This document shows, one piece after another, positions 1 to 10,228 of a stretch of 64,000 bases of DNA (the stretch's first letter is position 1; each line of letters opens with the position of its first letter). Origin of the DNA: a virus; IMG/VR virus record IMGVR_UViG_3300045988_067909; one strand, 5' to 3'. The position numbers were made by a program, and so were the translations under genes. The notes beneath the pieces are model-generated. The model had not been told where the DNA came from. It saw only the letters and a program-made list of their open reading frames with translations, and did no database searches.

Positions 1-969
1 GAATTCTGTCTCCTTCTTAGCTTTACGTGCAGAGATAGCATTAGCTAAGTTTAGTAAGAAATAGAATAAGAATAGTACATTCCCTTTATCACTGATATTG
101 ATTTTAGCAAGAGCATTTTCTACAGCATAGATTGGATACAATGGTAAACCTAATTCTTGTGCAGCAGTAAATACTACACTAGAATCAAGTTTACTAATGC
201 CGATTTTATTCAGCATTTTTGTAATTGTATCGTGATTATGCTTACGGTTCTTTAATAACTTTGTAGGGTTCAAAGCAGAATGATTAGTTTTATAATAGTT
301 AAAGATGTATTCTGCTTTTTCAGAGTCTTGTAAACAAGCTAAACGGTGTTCCATTTGAGCTTTGATTTCAGGATCTTCTGCTTTTTCAATGCCATCTTTG
401 AAACGTTGTACAAGACCAGTATAAGAATCTGTAGCTGCTGTATTAGCTAAGCCAGAATCATTGATTTTATTAGTGATCTTTTCAATCTTTTCATTAATAG
501 CAGTGAATGCTTGTACAGTACAAGCTTGACCAAAGTCTACTACTGTACCATATAACCATGTAGATAGCATATCTTCTGGTACTTCATGTTCTTTAGCCTT
601 ATTCAAGAAGTATACAGATTGGTCGCCTAGTTCTACGATAAGATTCAACTTAGGTTCTTCTTGCCCTTCAGGTACTTGGAGCTTATCATATACAGATGCT
701 ACTTTAGCAATAGCTTCTACAGGAGCATCTTCAAAGCCTTCTACTTTGATTTGTGTAAAGTCTGCATCTACAGCTTTAATATCTTTCTTATCAAGTTCTA
801 ATTCATCAATCTCATTTTCAACTTCTTGTAGAATTTGCTCTTGAGATTTGTCTTCTGGTTTCTCTGTAGTTTCAGTTACAGGTGTTTCTGGTGTAAGAAT
901 CTCTATATCTGGTTCATTCTCAGTAACTACAGTAACGTCATTAATGTCTACTACTTTATTTTCTTCCAT
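1..969 (-). CDS. Hypothetical highly expressed protein; 5' end at 969, 3' end runs off the window edge (partial)
   Basis: Open frame on the minus strand from an ATG at ~969 to position 1 with no stop codon. The start overlaps the stop of the upstream gene (TAATG). Codon usage is cgt/gaa-rich like other abundant genes here. Not in the ORF track because it is truncated. Confidence 0.45.
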   Translation of the reverse strand, partial: MEENKVVDINDVTVVTENEPDIEILTPETPVTETTEKPEDKSQEQILQEVENEIDELELDKKDIKAVDADFTQIKVEGFEDAPVEAIAKVASVYDKLQVPEGQEEPKLNLIVELGDQSVYFLNKAKEHEVPEDMLSTWLYGTVVDFGQACTVQAFTAINEKIEKITNKINDSGLANTAATDSYTGLVQRFKDGIEKAEDPEIKAQMEHRLACLQDSEKAEYIFNYYKTNHSALNPTKLLKNRKHNHDTITKMLNKIGISKLDSSVVFTAAQELGLPLYPIYAVENALAKINISDKGNVLFLFYFLLNLANAISARKAKKETEF

Positions 970-1709
970 TATAGTTCTACTCCTTGAAGATTTAATCTAA
1001 TATTAGTGATATAGTCTGGTAATAATTGATTACTAGATAAGATTGCATCAATAGCATCTTTAAAGATAGTGCCATTATCACTGAAATTACTATTGATAAC
1101 GTCACTGATAGGTGCATCATATGCTAAGTTTACAAACTGATCGAATGTAATAGTTAAACCAGCAATATATTTAAGAACTAGTTCCATATTAGATAGAATA
1201 ACTACAAGTTTATCATTCTTATAGTTCATTCTATTGTAAATGGTACTAGCGTCTTTATTCTTTTTAAGCTCATCTACATTTAAAGCATCACAAATATTAT
1301 TAGCTTCATTGATGATAAGCTTAGTGATAGCAGTAACCATATGATCACTGAATCTTGCTACAATTAAATCATAGATACAGTTAGCAGCAAAATAAGCATC
1401 CAACCCATCAATAGCTGGTTGGAATGTAAGATTGGTTGCTTTACATACTTGGTCAATGATTTCATTATAGATTTCTTGTTCCCTAGCTTTAGTATTCTCT
1501 TTATCCATAGGGAATTTAATATACATATTTTCAAAATTGTATTTGAATACATTAGGGATATTAGGCATAGGACTTATATGGCATTCATATCGTCTAGCAA
1601 TATTAGAACTTACCACATCGAAGATATAGTCTGAATTGAATACAGATAGAATTTCTGCTAATTCACGTTCAGATGCAATATCATATTCATTTTGATGGAT
1701 ACCAAACAT
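969..1709 (-). CDS. Hypothetical protein (246 aa)
   Basis: Complete ORF. AAGGAGG sits 8 nt upstream of the ATG at 1709. Confidence 0.6.
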   Translation of the reverse strand: MFGIHQNEYDIASERELAEILSVFNSDYIFDVVSSNIARRYECHISPMPNIPNVFKYNFENMYIKFPMDKENTKAREQEIYNEIIDQVCKATNLTFQPAIDGLDAYFAANCIYDLIVARFSDHMVTAITKLIINEANNICDALNVDELKKNKDASTIYNRMNYKNDKLVVILSNMELVLKYIAGLTITFDQFVNLAYDAPISDVINSNFSDNGTIFKDAIDAILSSNQLLPDYITNIRLNLQGVEL

Positions 1710-1812
1710 CGTTTTCTCCTCCTTAATAGGGTTTAATTAATTTTACTGCTTTGTTTAGGTACTATTTAAAAATTATTCCACAGTAAGGAAGTACCCTACT
1801 GTGGAAATTGTA

Positions 1813-4116
1813 TTATAGATTCTTAAATCTGTTAGCTAAGTTACCTTGGAGAACACTATACTCTTCATCTGGTAGCATATTAAAAGCAGATGCTGGTAAA
1901 GTTGCTGTAGTCTCATCACGATATACATCAACTTGGTCTTTAGTCATATTATACTTAGTAGCATATGCTTGTAAGAATACTGGGTTTTGCATAGCTTCTT
2001 TGAGTTCTTTCTCATCATCAGCTTCACGTTTCTTATCCCATTCATCAAATGTAATACCAAGACCTTTACGGAGCTCATTAATGACATCCATATTGTCTTT
2101 CTTAGTATCATCTGTAGTAAGCATATCTTTTTGGACTTTAACGATATCATCAGTGATATCCATTAGTTCTTCTGCTTCTGGACTGAATACTTCTTCTTCA
2201 GTAGCAGCATCTGTCATAATGGTAGTCTTATTGATACCGAAACGTTCTTTAAGATCTTTACCCTCATACCATACATACATAGCCATCAAATAGGAGAATG
2301 TAGCATCATCATGTGTAGTTGCAGAGTGGTCAACTTTACCATTACGTTTAACTTCAAGTCCACGGAACTCTTGGTATAGTATCTTAGATATGAACTTATC
2401 TTTATGATTGTCCATACGTTCTCTTAAGATCTGAATTAATAGTTCACGTACTGATTTACTAGAGTTCAAACCATATACTTTTACTAATTTCTTAGTACGT
2501 TTAACTTTACCAGGTCCTTCGTTGACTTCTTCTAAGATACGTTCTTTAAATTCAAAGTAAAGATTCTTCTTAATCTTAGTTTTCATAAGCATAGATACTA
2601 CAGATGCACCAAAACCACCATTAAGTTCGACATTGACTACAGCATTAGGCATATACTTAGTAACTATTTCATAGATACACTTAGCTAAGTCTTTCTGACT
2701 GATATAGTTACACTTTAAGATAGCTATAACTTTAGTAGTCTTGGAATCTATAATAGTAATAGCAGAACTATCTCGTTTATATCCACCAGATACGTCTACC
2801 CCTATGATAGGTGGATCTACTGGTTCACCATTATTCTTATATTCAAGCTTACCATACATATTCAAAGTAAACTTATTATTGTTTAATGGGATAGTTGCTA
2901 TAGGGTCTATAGTAAGTCTATCTACAGTTTCTAATTCATCTTGCGTAAATGGAGAGTTCTCAGAGAAATCTGCCCATTCAAGTAAAACTTCTCGACGAAT
3001 GGCTTCCCATTTATTCTGCATGTCGATACAGATTTGTTTGAACCACTCTTCGGAACGACCTAATTGTTGATAAGTAAACCTAATATAGACGAAACTACTT
3101 CTCATATTAGCAGATTTAATTTCATCTATCTGTGCTTTAGTTAAGTCATACCAGTTTTCACTAAACGGTGTAGCATCTTCACGCATATTATTAGCATATC
3201 TACCCATTTCATCTGTCAAGAACCCTGGTGTAGTAGTGAATAGTATACCGAATGGTGCACCATTGGCTTCAGAGTTCATAGCAGCACGTTTCCATGCAGG
3301 GATAGCATTAAGATAGATGTCTTCATTATATGGTGCGAATGCCCATTCGTCAGCCCACCATAATGGTACGGACATACCACGTAGTAAAGACTGTGCAGCT
3401 ACACGAGTACGAGCAGATGCTACAGTAATAATACGGTTACGGTTAATACTATGAGACAAAGTCATTACAGAATTTTGTGCTTTGGTCTTCTTATCACCAA
3501 CTGTAAATGATTCTGTCATTTGTAAGTAAGGTGGTAAGCAATCACGTAAGTCTTTAAGACCTAATAAGTTCTTTTTAGAACCGTCTAAAGACTTATGCAT
3601 AAATGCAAACGTTGAGTTAGATGTAGCAAAGTTAAATGCCCATAGATACCATATAGATGCGGACAATGTTTTACCTTGCTGACGAGGTAAGTCTAAGAAG
3701 ATATTGTAGTTAAATATAGTACAGAAGTATAGTGCCATACCACCACGTGTTAAAGTATAGTATGAACCACTACCACTACCACCCTGAGCTGGTACACGTA
3801 CAACTTCACGTACAAAGTACCAGAAGTTTACCATACACTCAGCTAGGACTTTAGACTTATAGTATTGGTTTAGATTTGGATCATGTGGGTCTATATATGC
3901 TAAGTCTGGATCCAATAGAGTTAGCATAAACTTATTATTCTTTATACCAACTGCTTCTAGATACTTATGCATATCTAGGAAAGATTGGTTTCTTGTACCC
4001 ATTTGGAAATATATTTTACGTTGAGAGAAGTCTACAACGTTCTGGTTAGCTGGAATCATTTGATTCATAGGATTACCTTGACCACCAGTTATATCTAGAT
4101 TCATAAAGAAGATCAC
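1813..4116 (-). CDS. terL: Terminase large subunit (ATPase plus nuclease)
   Basis: Walker A-like 'LPRQQGKTLSAS' (compare T4 gp17 'SRQLGKT'). 'WADEWAF' Walker B-like. C-terminal 'GVDVSGGYKRDSSAITII' RNaseH-like nuclease start. The listed start is a GTG; an ATG at 4104 is an alternative. Confidence 0.8.
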   Translation of the reverse strand: MIFFMNLDITGGQGNPMNQMIPANQNVVDFSQRKIYFQMGTRNQSFLDMHKYLEAVGIKNNKFMLTLLDPDLAYIDPHDPNLNQYYKSKVLAECMVNFWYFVREVVRVPAQGGSGSGSYYTLTRGGMALYFCTIFNYNIFLDLPRQQGKTLSASIWYLWAFNFATSNSTFAFMHKSLDGSKKNLLGLKDLRDCLPPYLQMTESFTVGDKKTKAQNSVMTLSHSINRNRIITVASARTRVAAQSLLRGMSVPLWWADEWAFAPYNEDIYLNAIPAWKRAAMNSEANGAPFGILFTTTPGFLTDEMGRYANNMREDATPFSENWYDLTKAQIDEIKSANMRSSFVYIRFTYQQLGRSEEWFKQICIDMQNKWEAIRREVLLEWADFSENSPFTQDELETVDRLTIDPIATIPLNNNKFTLNMYGKLEYKNNGEPVDPPIIGVDVSGGYKRDSSAITIIDSKTTKVIAILKCNYISQKDLAKCIYEIVTKYMPNAVVNVELNGGFGASVVSMLMKTKIKKNLYFEFKERILEEVNEGPGKVKRTKKLVKVYGLNSSKSVRELLIQILRERMDNHKDKFISKILYQEFRGLEVKRNGKVDHSATTHDDATFSYLMAMYVWYEGKDLKERFGINKTTIMTDAATEEEVFSPEAEELMDITDDIVKVQKDMLTTDDTKKDNMDVINELRKGLGITFDEWDKKREADDEKELKEAMQNPVFLQAYATKYNMTKDQVDVYRDETTATLPASAFNMLPDEEYSVLQGNLANRFKNL

Positions 4117-4204
4117 ATCCTTTCTTTAGGTTATATAAATGTAAAGTCTATTAAACACTTATAATAGCTATTTACGTTTTATAAATCTAACCTGGAGGAC
4201 AACT

Positions 4205-4576
4205 ATGAATCTTATCACTTTTGAGTATCTTCTTGAAGATGTACAGCTAGCTTCTGGTATTGTATCTGATGCTATGTCTAATTGTATTTATCCTAGTATT
4301 AGTAGTACCAAGCAAAATATCCATCTTAATGATACAGTGCAACTAAGTAAGCAAGTACGTAAATGTGGAAATGCTATTGGTATATGTGTATTTGACGAGA
4401 CTGCTAAATACACGTTTACTATTTTCAATAATGGTATAGTATCCATTATGGCAGATATTGATACATTTGATGCAGATGGCACACATGGTATTAAAGAAAC
4501 TAGTGACCATATTAAACATAACTTACATAAGCTACTTGGTAATATCGAAAAGCTTATTAATAATTACCGTATCTAA
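4205..4576 (+). CDS. Hypothetical protein (123 aa)
   Basis: 'ctggaggac' SD before the ATG. Sits alone on the + strand and is followed by a terminator hairpin. Confidence 0.5.
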   Translation: MNLITFEYLLEDVQLASGIVSDAMSNCIYPSISSTKQNIHLNDTVQLSKQVRKCGNAIGICVFDETAKYTFTIFNNGIVSIMADIDTFDADGTHGIKETSDHIKHNLHKLLGNIEKLINNYRI

Positions 4577-4589
4577 GAGACAGAGAAAA

Positions 4590-4616
4590 CCCTATATAGG
4601 CAATGCCTATATAGGG
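4590..4616 (+). terminator. Rho-independent terminator hairpin (12-bp perfect stem, CAATG-family)
   Basis: 'ccctatataggc-aat-gcctatataggg' followed by a T-rich tract, directly after the stop of 4205..4576. Confidence 0.6.
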
Positions 4617-4867
4617 AACTTTCTCTATTTTCTTAAGGATAATGATGGCTAGTGTTTGATATAATAATATTATTCTTTTTAAGCGGAGTTTACCCATCTA
4701 TGAAGAACACTGTTAAAATCTACATAGATAGAATTTATACAAAATGTATGTACGTTTGTTAACTATTAACCATATTCTAATTGAACCAGAATTAGCTGTA
4801 AGTTATTTGTAGCACTTAGCCATCATTAATGATTTGTTTGTCTAGTTTTTAAAAATAAATATTAAGA

Positions 4868-4892
4868 CTGTATAGATCATTGATCTATACAG
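4868..4892. repeat. Perfect 12+1+12 palindrome 'ctgtatagatca t tgatctatacag'
   Basis: Read directly in the non-coding island. Candidate protein-binding site or hairpin. Confidence 0.5.
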
Positions 4893-5074
4893 CTATAGGT
4901 GTACAGGTGGTGGATTTAACGTATTCGTAGTAGTGTGTTCTATTTTGTGTCTTTATTATATAAGAGAGAGATTTTATATTTAAAGTTATTTATTTTGGAG
5001 CGAAGTTTTCAAGCAAGTAGTATAATGCAATATACCACAGTCGTGAGAGATTTTAACCACCTGTACACCGATAG
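4893..5074. repeat. Long-range inverted repeat (~18 bp, one mismatch) enclosing ~146 nt
   Basis: 5' arm 'ctataggtgtacaggtgg' (~4893-4910) against 3' arm 'ccacctgtacaccgatag' (~5057-5074). The enclosed AT-rich segment contains a perfect TATAAT. Confidence 0.5.
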
Positions 5075-5165
5075 TTGTATATAATAGAGAATGCAGAATC
5101 TTAAGCCAACACAAACCTCTCTATTATAAAAGTGTTTATATATGCATAAAAATAAAAACAATATA

Positions 5166-5192
5166 ACCCTAACTAGTATTACTAGTTAGGGT
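5166..5192 (-). terminator. Palindromic hairpin terminating the minus-strand block
   Basis: 'accctaactagta t tactagttagggt'. On the minus strand it is followed by 'ttatattgtttttatttttatg'. Confidence 0.5.
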
Positions 5193-5267
5193 ATACTGTA
5201 TGTGGATATTCTGTAAAGAAAGGATTTAAGAAGTGACATCTGCAAATACCACTTCATTATATTGTTC

Positions 5268-5651
5268 TTAGCATATTGATATAATATATTTATCATTCAT
5301 AGTATAGATCTTATGAATGGTATTAATATTTTCGATAAGATAGTTGAACTCTTCTTCAGTAAATCCCATATCTAATAACTCAGTTTTATTATTATGGTAG
5401 CATTTTGCAATATAACTTAAGATGTGCTCATCGGAAATATTATTTAGTTTAGGTATAGAATAGGCATGGCAATAAGTAGACCCTTTGATGTCTTTCTTAT
5501 CTACGCCTAGTCTATTAAATAATTTATCAATTCTTTCTTGAGACCAGAATTTAGATCGGTATAGCTTACCCATCAATTCTGATATAGAGAAGATATATGA
5601 GTTATCATATACCGTTCCGTTTTTGTATAAAACTGTATTATCAGAAGCCAC
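5268..5651 (-). CDS. Hypothetical protein (127 aa); GTG start
   Basis: GTG start with a GGAGGA SD 7 nt upstream, 3 nt after the stop of the preceding gene. Confidence 0.45.
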   Translation of the reverse strand: MASDNTVLYKNGTVYDNSYIFSISELMGKLYRSKFWSQERIDKLFNRLGVDKKDIKGSTYCHAYSIPKLNNISDEHILSYIAKCYHNNKTELLDMGFTEEEFNYLIENINTIHKIYTMNDKYIISIC

Positions 5652-5654
5652 TGA

Positions 5655-6026
5655 TTAGTCCTCCAAAATCTCCTTAGGATCATAGTAATCTGACCCTGTA
5701 TTATCAGAAGTTTCGGATTCCTCAATAGTTACATTAAGATCAACTCCACGAGACTCCATAATCTCTTTGATCTTTTTATTATCCCCAAATCCATTCTCTA
5801 ATAGAGCATGGACTAGTTCTGTTGGTCCTTCTGGAGTGGAGAATACTACACCCTTGTTAGGAGTAAAGTCTCCATCAGTATTGACCATCCATTTACGGAC
5901 CTCAAGTTTTGCAGGTCTATTATTCCATGATACTTCAGCTAAACGAATAAGAGTATTACCTCGTTCTTCTACAATAACATCAATACCACCTTCAACAACT
6001 TCGAATGTGAGTTGTTTCTTTTCCAT
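5655..6026 (-). CDS. PC4/YdbC-like ssDNA-binding domain protein
   Basis: 'VSWNNRPAKLEVRKW' matches the YdbC/PC4 family signature 'SWNgrppKyDIReW'. GAGGAG SD. Confidence 0.5.
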   Translation of the reverse strand: MEKKQLTFEVVEGGIDVIVEERGNTLIRLAEVSWNNRPAKLEVRKWMVNTDGDFTPNKGVVFSTPEGPTELVHALLENGFGDNKKIKEIMESRGVDLNVTIEESETSDNTGSDYYDPKEILED

Positions 6027-6053
6027 AGTTATAGTCTCCTCAAAGAAAAAATA

Positions 6054-6212
6054 AACCCTGCATTATTATATGAAATATGCGTTTTAGGTTGTCATTAATG
6101 GTTGCACACGGAAATGTGTATATCCTAAATTAATGCAGGGTTATTTTTTATATACAACTATGGTAGGTTGATGATGAACGAAACAAGTGAACACATAGTT
6201 TACCTACCATAG
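6054..6212 (-). terminator. Intergenic nested hairpins (12-bp stem with 65-nt loop, then 11-bp stem with 33-nt loop), T-run on the minus strand
   Basis: 'aaccctgcatta' (6054-65) pairs with 'taatgcagggtt' (6131-42); 'ctatggtaggt' (6158-68) pairs with 'acctaccatag' (6202-12). Minus-strand T-tract 'ttattttttctttg' at ~6040-53. Confidence 0.45.
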
Positions 6213-6232
6213 TGTATTACATAATTAGATTA

Positions 6233-7063
6233 TTAGCGACGTGGTTTTACGAAGCGGTCGTTGCCAACAACTGTACCAACGTAACGGTTTTGAAGTTCGT
6301 TGATTTTGGATTGTTTAATACGACGTACTTCTAATACGTAGCCTACATCGTTACGACGGGATTGTGCACCCAATGTAACTTTGTATTGGTATTTGTCGCC
6401 ATATACCAAAGACATAGCTTTTTCCAATGTCATACCACGAACGATCAAACTGATCTTATTTGAATACTGATCGTATTCGTACGCAATATTAATTGTACGG
6501 AAGTCTTTGTTATGTTTGTCATCACGGTTATAATCAGAGATAGCAATCTTTTTCAAGATAGTAATAGCCATGTCTGTCATACGGAAACCAGCGAAATCTT
6601 CGTCAATGTATCCATTAGATGTACGGCTATTACGCATGCTATTAGTCATAGCCATGATGCGTTGAGTTTGCTCATCCAATTGATTATTGGCTTGAGCTTC
6701 TTTTAAAGTTTCTAATGCTCGGATACCGTCTTGACCAGCACCTAAGTTAATATCGAAACCTAATTCGATATAGATACGGCCATTGCTGTATGCTTCACGG
6801 CAACCAGCAAAATCAGGAAAAATGCGACCAAGGATATCAGATACTTGGGAACAGATTTCATTAGTAGAAACTAATTTACCAGCATAGTCTGCATCGAAGT
6901 CAGCGAAATCCAATTGGATATCGACATCTTCATTCTGTACAGAATTGTCTTCGCTGTTTTTAGGATTACCTGCATTGATTGCATCCACTAAATATTCCAT
7001 GGATGTAAACTGAGGTTGCATTAAATTTGGGTCTTGAACAAACCCTGGTTTGAAATAACTCAT
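6233..7063 (-). CDS. Hypothetical abundant (structural?) protein
   Basis: Strong codon bias. AAGGAGG is 8 nt upstream of the second ATG (7063); the first ATG (7069) is too close to the SD. Confidence 0.6.
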   Translation of the reverse strand: MSYFKPGFVQDPNLMQPQFTSMEYLVDAINAGNPKNSEDNSVQNEDVDIQLDFADFDADYAGKLVSTNEICSQVSDILGRIFPDFAGCREAYSNGRIYIELGFDINLGAGQDGIRALETLKEAQANNQLDEQTQRIMAMTNSMRNSRTSNGYIDEDFAGFRMTDMAITILKKIAISDYNRDDKHNKDFRTINIAYEYDQYSNKISLIVRGMTLEKAMSLVYGDKYQYKVTLGAQSRRNDVGYVLEVRRIKQSKINELQNRYVGTVVGNDRFVKPRR

Positions 7064-7184
7064 AGTCATTTCCTCCTTGTTAATAAATATATAGAAAATT
7101 ACCTAGGTGTTTGGGGCACTGTAATTGTCTACACAATACCCATGTACACACCTTTATATTATATAACCATAAAACTCTTTGGCT

Positions 7185-8066
7185 TTATAGATATATTCCT
7201 TGGATTTCATTCTTGTCTATATACTTGACTATATAGAGTCTATCGTTCTTATCTTCTACTAGCATATACTTACCTTTGATATTATACAGATTGACGTCAT
7301 GATAATACTCAGTAACTATACAGTCTAAGAAGATAGCTCTAGCTACAGATTCAAGAACGAAGATATCACCACGTGTTAACTGACCATGTGTAAGATATCT
7401 ATCTTTAAACGATAGTTCAATTCGTTTAATTTTAAAGTTAGCTCTAAAGTAAGATTGGAAATTGATTCCTTCGAAGAATTTAGTTAGTCCTTCGATAGGT
7501 GTATCGCTATATGTAATACCAAAGCTTCTATCAACTAAGAGATCAAATATCTTCTCAGTAATAACTGTATTAGTTGCAATAAGTGGAATGATAGTACTAT
7601 GGTTATCATTTACATATAAGTCTATAGTCATCTTAGAATGAAGCTCTTTAACATCACTCATTAGATTCATATAAGACATCTCATACTCTTCTACAGAGTT
7701 ATTCTCTAATAAGGCTTTAGTACAACACTTACCAGGTTGTAAAGCCCCAGTTACAGAATCTCTATAACCAACTCTACAGATATAGAATGGGTAACCATAA
7801 GATTCTCTTTCATTGTATATAGAAATAACTACGTCTTCTTGACCATTCTTCAATACAGCTATTTCTACATGTAACTTACAATGTGGATTAAGAGCCTTAT
7901 ACTCTTTATTAACTACATCTCTAGCTATACTCTTTCTACCAGTATTACCAATAATCTCAGTAACACCGTAAAAGTTTTTAGTATTAGTTGACGTTACTCT
8001 ATAAAGTTCTTTAATATTTTCATTATCATCATATTTAAGAAACTTTTGTCCTAATGTCAGTATCAT
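7185..8066 (-). CDS. Hypothetical protein (293 aa)
   Basis: Complete ORF with a GGGAGGT SD. Confidence 0.55.
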   Translation of the reverse strand: MILTLGQKFLKYDDNENIKELYRVTSTNTKNFYGVTEIIGNTGRKSIARDVVNKEYKALNPHCKLHVEIAVLKNGQEDVVISIYNERESYGYPFYICRVGYRDSVTGALQPGKCCTKALLENNSVEEYEMSYMNLMSDVKELHSKMTIDLYVNDNHSTIIPLIATNTVITEKIFDLLVDRSFGITYSDTPIEGLTKFFEGINFQSYFRANFKIKRIELSFKDRYLTHGQLTRGDIFVLESVARAIFLDCIVTEYYHDVNLYNIKGKYMLVEDKNDRLYIVKYIDKNEIQGIYL

Positions 8067-8134
8067 AGTAAATTACCTCCCAAGCACAATATATGGTGGT
8101 ACATATATAGTTATGTACCACCAATTATTATTTT

Positions 8135-10228
8135 TTATCTTAAGAATAGTACCGCTTTAAGATAGTCCAATGTATATTTCAACGTAGACCCTTTGATGCG
8201 AATGACTTTATCATTAAATTTAGTTGTGCTATAGTACTTAGTAAAGTTAAAGTTAGTTTCTTTATTAAGTATATACACCATACACTTAGTATAGTCATTC
8301 AAGATTCTAGCTCTTGTATCAATTAGCTTCTTATCTTTATGACCTTTGTTTAGCATAGACTCAATACATATATTCATATACCATAGTTTAGCTGATTCGA
8401 ATTTAACACCATCCATATTACCAGCTGTCATATAGATTACCAATAAACGATGTGTCTTAAAGAACTCATCATCAAAGTTAATCTTTTCTGGCTTAGTAAT
8501 TAATAGATCACCATAGTTATTAAACTCTATAGGGATATCTTTAGCTTCATTAATAGCAGATTCACGTAAGATTCTATCAATCACTTTCTGTTTAGCTACA
8601 GATTGTAAACGTTTCTTATAAGCTATACTATCTGACGGTAAGAACTTGGTTGTTGGTACACCTAAAGCTAATAGCTTCTCTGTAGCACTAGTAAGTTCTT
8701 CTTCACTTTCAGAAGTTCTCCATTGCTTAATGGTTTTATTAACCATAGTAAACCATTTATTGAACGCTAAACGTTTACTACGATTAGAACTGATATCGAT
8801 ACCTTGCCAGATATCTTTATATGCATCTAGCCAAGCAAGCATATCTACACAATCAGTATCAGTACTATGCTTCCTAGTGTATTCTTTTAGCTTACTTTCA
8901 ATCTCTTCTGGTGTAAAGAATGGTACACCTGCTGGTAATACTGGATCTTGTATTTGATTACCCCAAACATCTGTAGCTTCTATTAGAGTGATATCTTGAT
9001 ACTTAAGTTCCATTGTATTTAGAAGATGAGACTTCATAAAGTTATAGAACGTTTCATTAGTACAACCAACTAACTCTAATAGTTTCCAGTCAGACATTTG
9101 TTGTAATTGAATAGGCATACCCTTATATAAAGACCATAGTTCTTCTAAAGATACTATAGACTTACATAGGTTCATAATATAGATACCTGTATTTAAAGAC
9201 CATTCTTTAGCAGAATGAAGTTCTCTACCCTTATTAGCAAGATTGATACCAAACATATTTGCTCTATTAAGAATAGCACTATTCTTTAATTGTACTTCTT
9301 CATCACTGATGTCAGCTTCAGCATCTTCTTTGATAGATATATTGTCATATTTAATAGGCTGATTCAAGAACTGTTTCTTTAATTCTTCATATCTATCTGA
9401 ATTGGTTTTACCAAATAGACGAATAGATACATCATCAGAGAAGCGTTGTTGGTCATTAGTTAAACCATAGAAAATATCCATCTGTGCATCTAATTCTTTC
9501 TCAGATTCTGGTGTAGCCAATACAAATGAATTAGGGTCACAGTTTAAGAATGCTTCTTTAGTATAGTTATCACAGTTGCTACATGGTGTATCAGATAATA
9601 CATTATCAGTTAACAATACATCATTCAAATCAATAGCTGAATCAGTACGATTCATAGTCTTTACATTAATAGCAAAGTATCCATCATTATCTGTCATTAC
9701 ATCGATATCAGGATGATCTCTAACTATCTCTTTGGCTTTATTCTTTTCTAATTCACCTATTAATGGCATATAGTCATCAGGTAACTTAGAGAAGTCTATC
9801 TCAGCCATTTCTGCTTCTTGCTCTAGAGTAGCAATAACAGAAGACATTTCAACCAATGCTTTATCTGGTTCAAATGTAATCTCTTCAAAGTCTTTATTGT
9901 ATTTGATTTGGTCATGAGAGATTAGTTCCATACCAGTCAATTGTTCATAGAAGTTATTAGCTTCTAGTTTACGTTTATCTTCACCTTTGAAACGGTATAA
10001 GTTAAACTTACGGTCTTTTAAGAAATCTGATTTCTTATATTCTTTTGTACCATCAGAAGACTTTACTTTAATAGTATCATCTTCTAAGTCTTTGGTTAAA
10101 CCATAACCCTCTACTGATTCATCACCAGTAAAAGAGTTACTGTAACCATATTGTACTACGATTTGATCACTAGCATTAGCTGGTGGAACTCCACCAACGT
10201 TAGCAGTGAACTCTTTTAGATTAGACAT
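8135..10228 (-). CDS. Hypothetical large protein (697 aa)
   Basis: AAAGGAGA SD. The start overlaps the upstream stop (TAATG). Lies near the terminase, so a portal role is possible, but no motif supports it. Confidence 0.6.
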   Translation of the reverse strand: MSNLKEFTANVGGVPPANASDQIVVQYGYSNSFTGDESVEGYGLTKDLEDDTIKVKSSDGTKEYKKSDFLKDRKFNLYRFKGEDKRKLEANNFYEQLTGMELISHDQIKYNKDFEEITFEPDKALVEMSSVIATLEQEAEMAEIDFSKLPDDYMPLIGELEKNKAKEIVRDHPDIDVMTDNDGYFAINVKTMNRTDSAIDLNDVLLTDNVLSDTPCSNCDNYTKEAFLNCDPNSFVLATPESEKELDAQMDIFYGLTNDQQRFSDDVSIRLFGKTNSDRYEELKKQFLNQPIKYDNISIKEDAEADISDEEVQLKNSAILNRANMFGINLANKGRELHSAKEWSLNTGIYIMNLCKSIVSLEELWSLYKGMPIQLQQMSDWKLLELVGCTNETFYNFMKSHLLNTMELKYQDITLIEATDVWGNQIQDPVLPAGVPFFTPEEIESKLKEYTRKHSTDTDCVDMLAWLDAYKDIWQGIDISSNRSKRLAFNKWFTMVNKTIKQWRTSESEEELTSATEKLLALGVPTTKFLPSDSIAYKKRLQSVAKQKVIDRILRESAINEAKDIPIEFNNYGDLLITKPEKINFDDEFFKTHRLLVIYMTAGNMDGVKFESAKLWYMNICIESMLNKGHKDKKLIDTRARILNDYTKCMVYILNKETNFNFTKYYSTTKFNDKVIRIKGSTLKYTLDYLKAVLFLR

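Noticed and set aside
1-6. GAATTC at the very first bases
   Set aside because: Probably just a window or restriction-fragment boundary. It has no biological significance.
4577-5267. tRNA genes in the long intergenic regions
   Set aside because: No GTTCGAATC/GTTCAAATC-like T-arm or acceptor-stem pairing was recognisable by eye in 4577-5267, 6027-6232, 19273-19444 or other gaps. A tRNAscan run would settle it.
8135-10228. Calling the 697-aa protein the portal protein
   Set aside because: Only positional plausibility near the terminase supports it. There is no motif evidence, so it is left as hypothetical.
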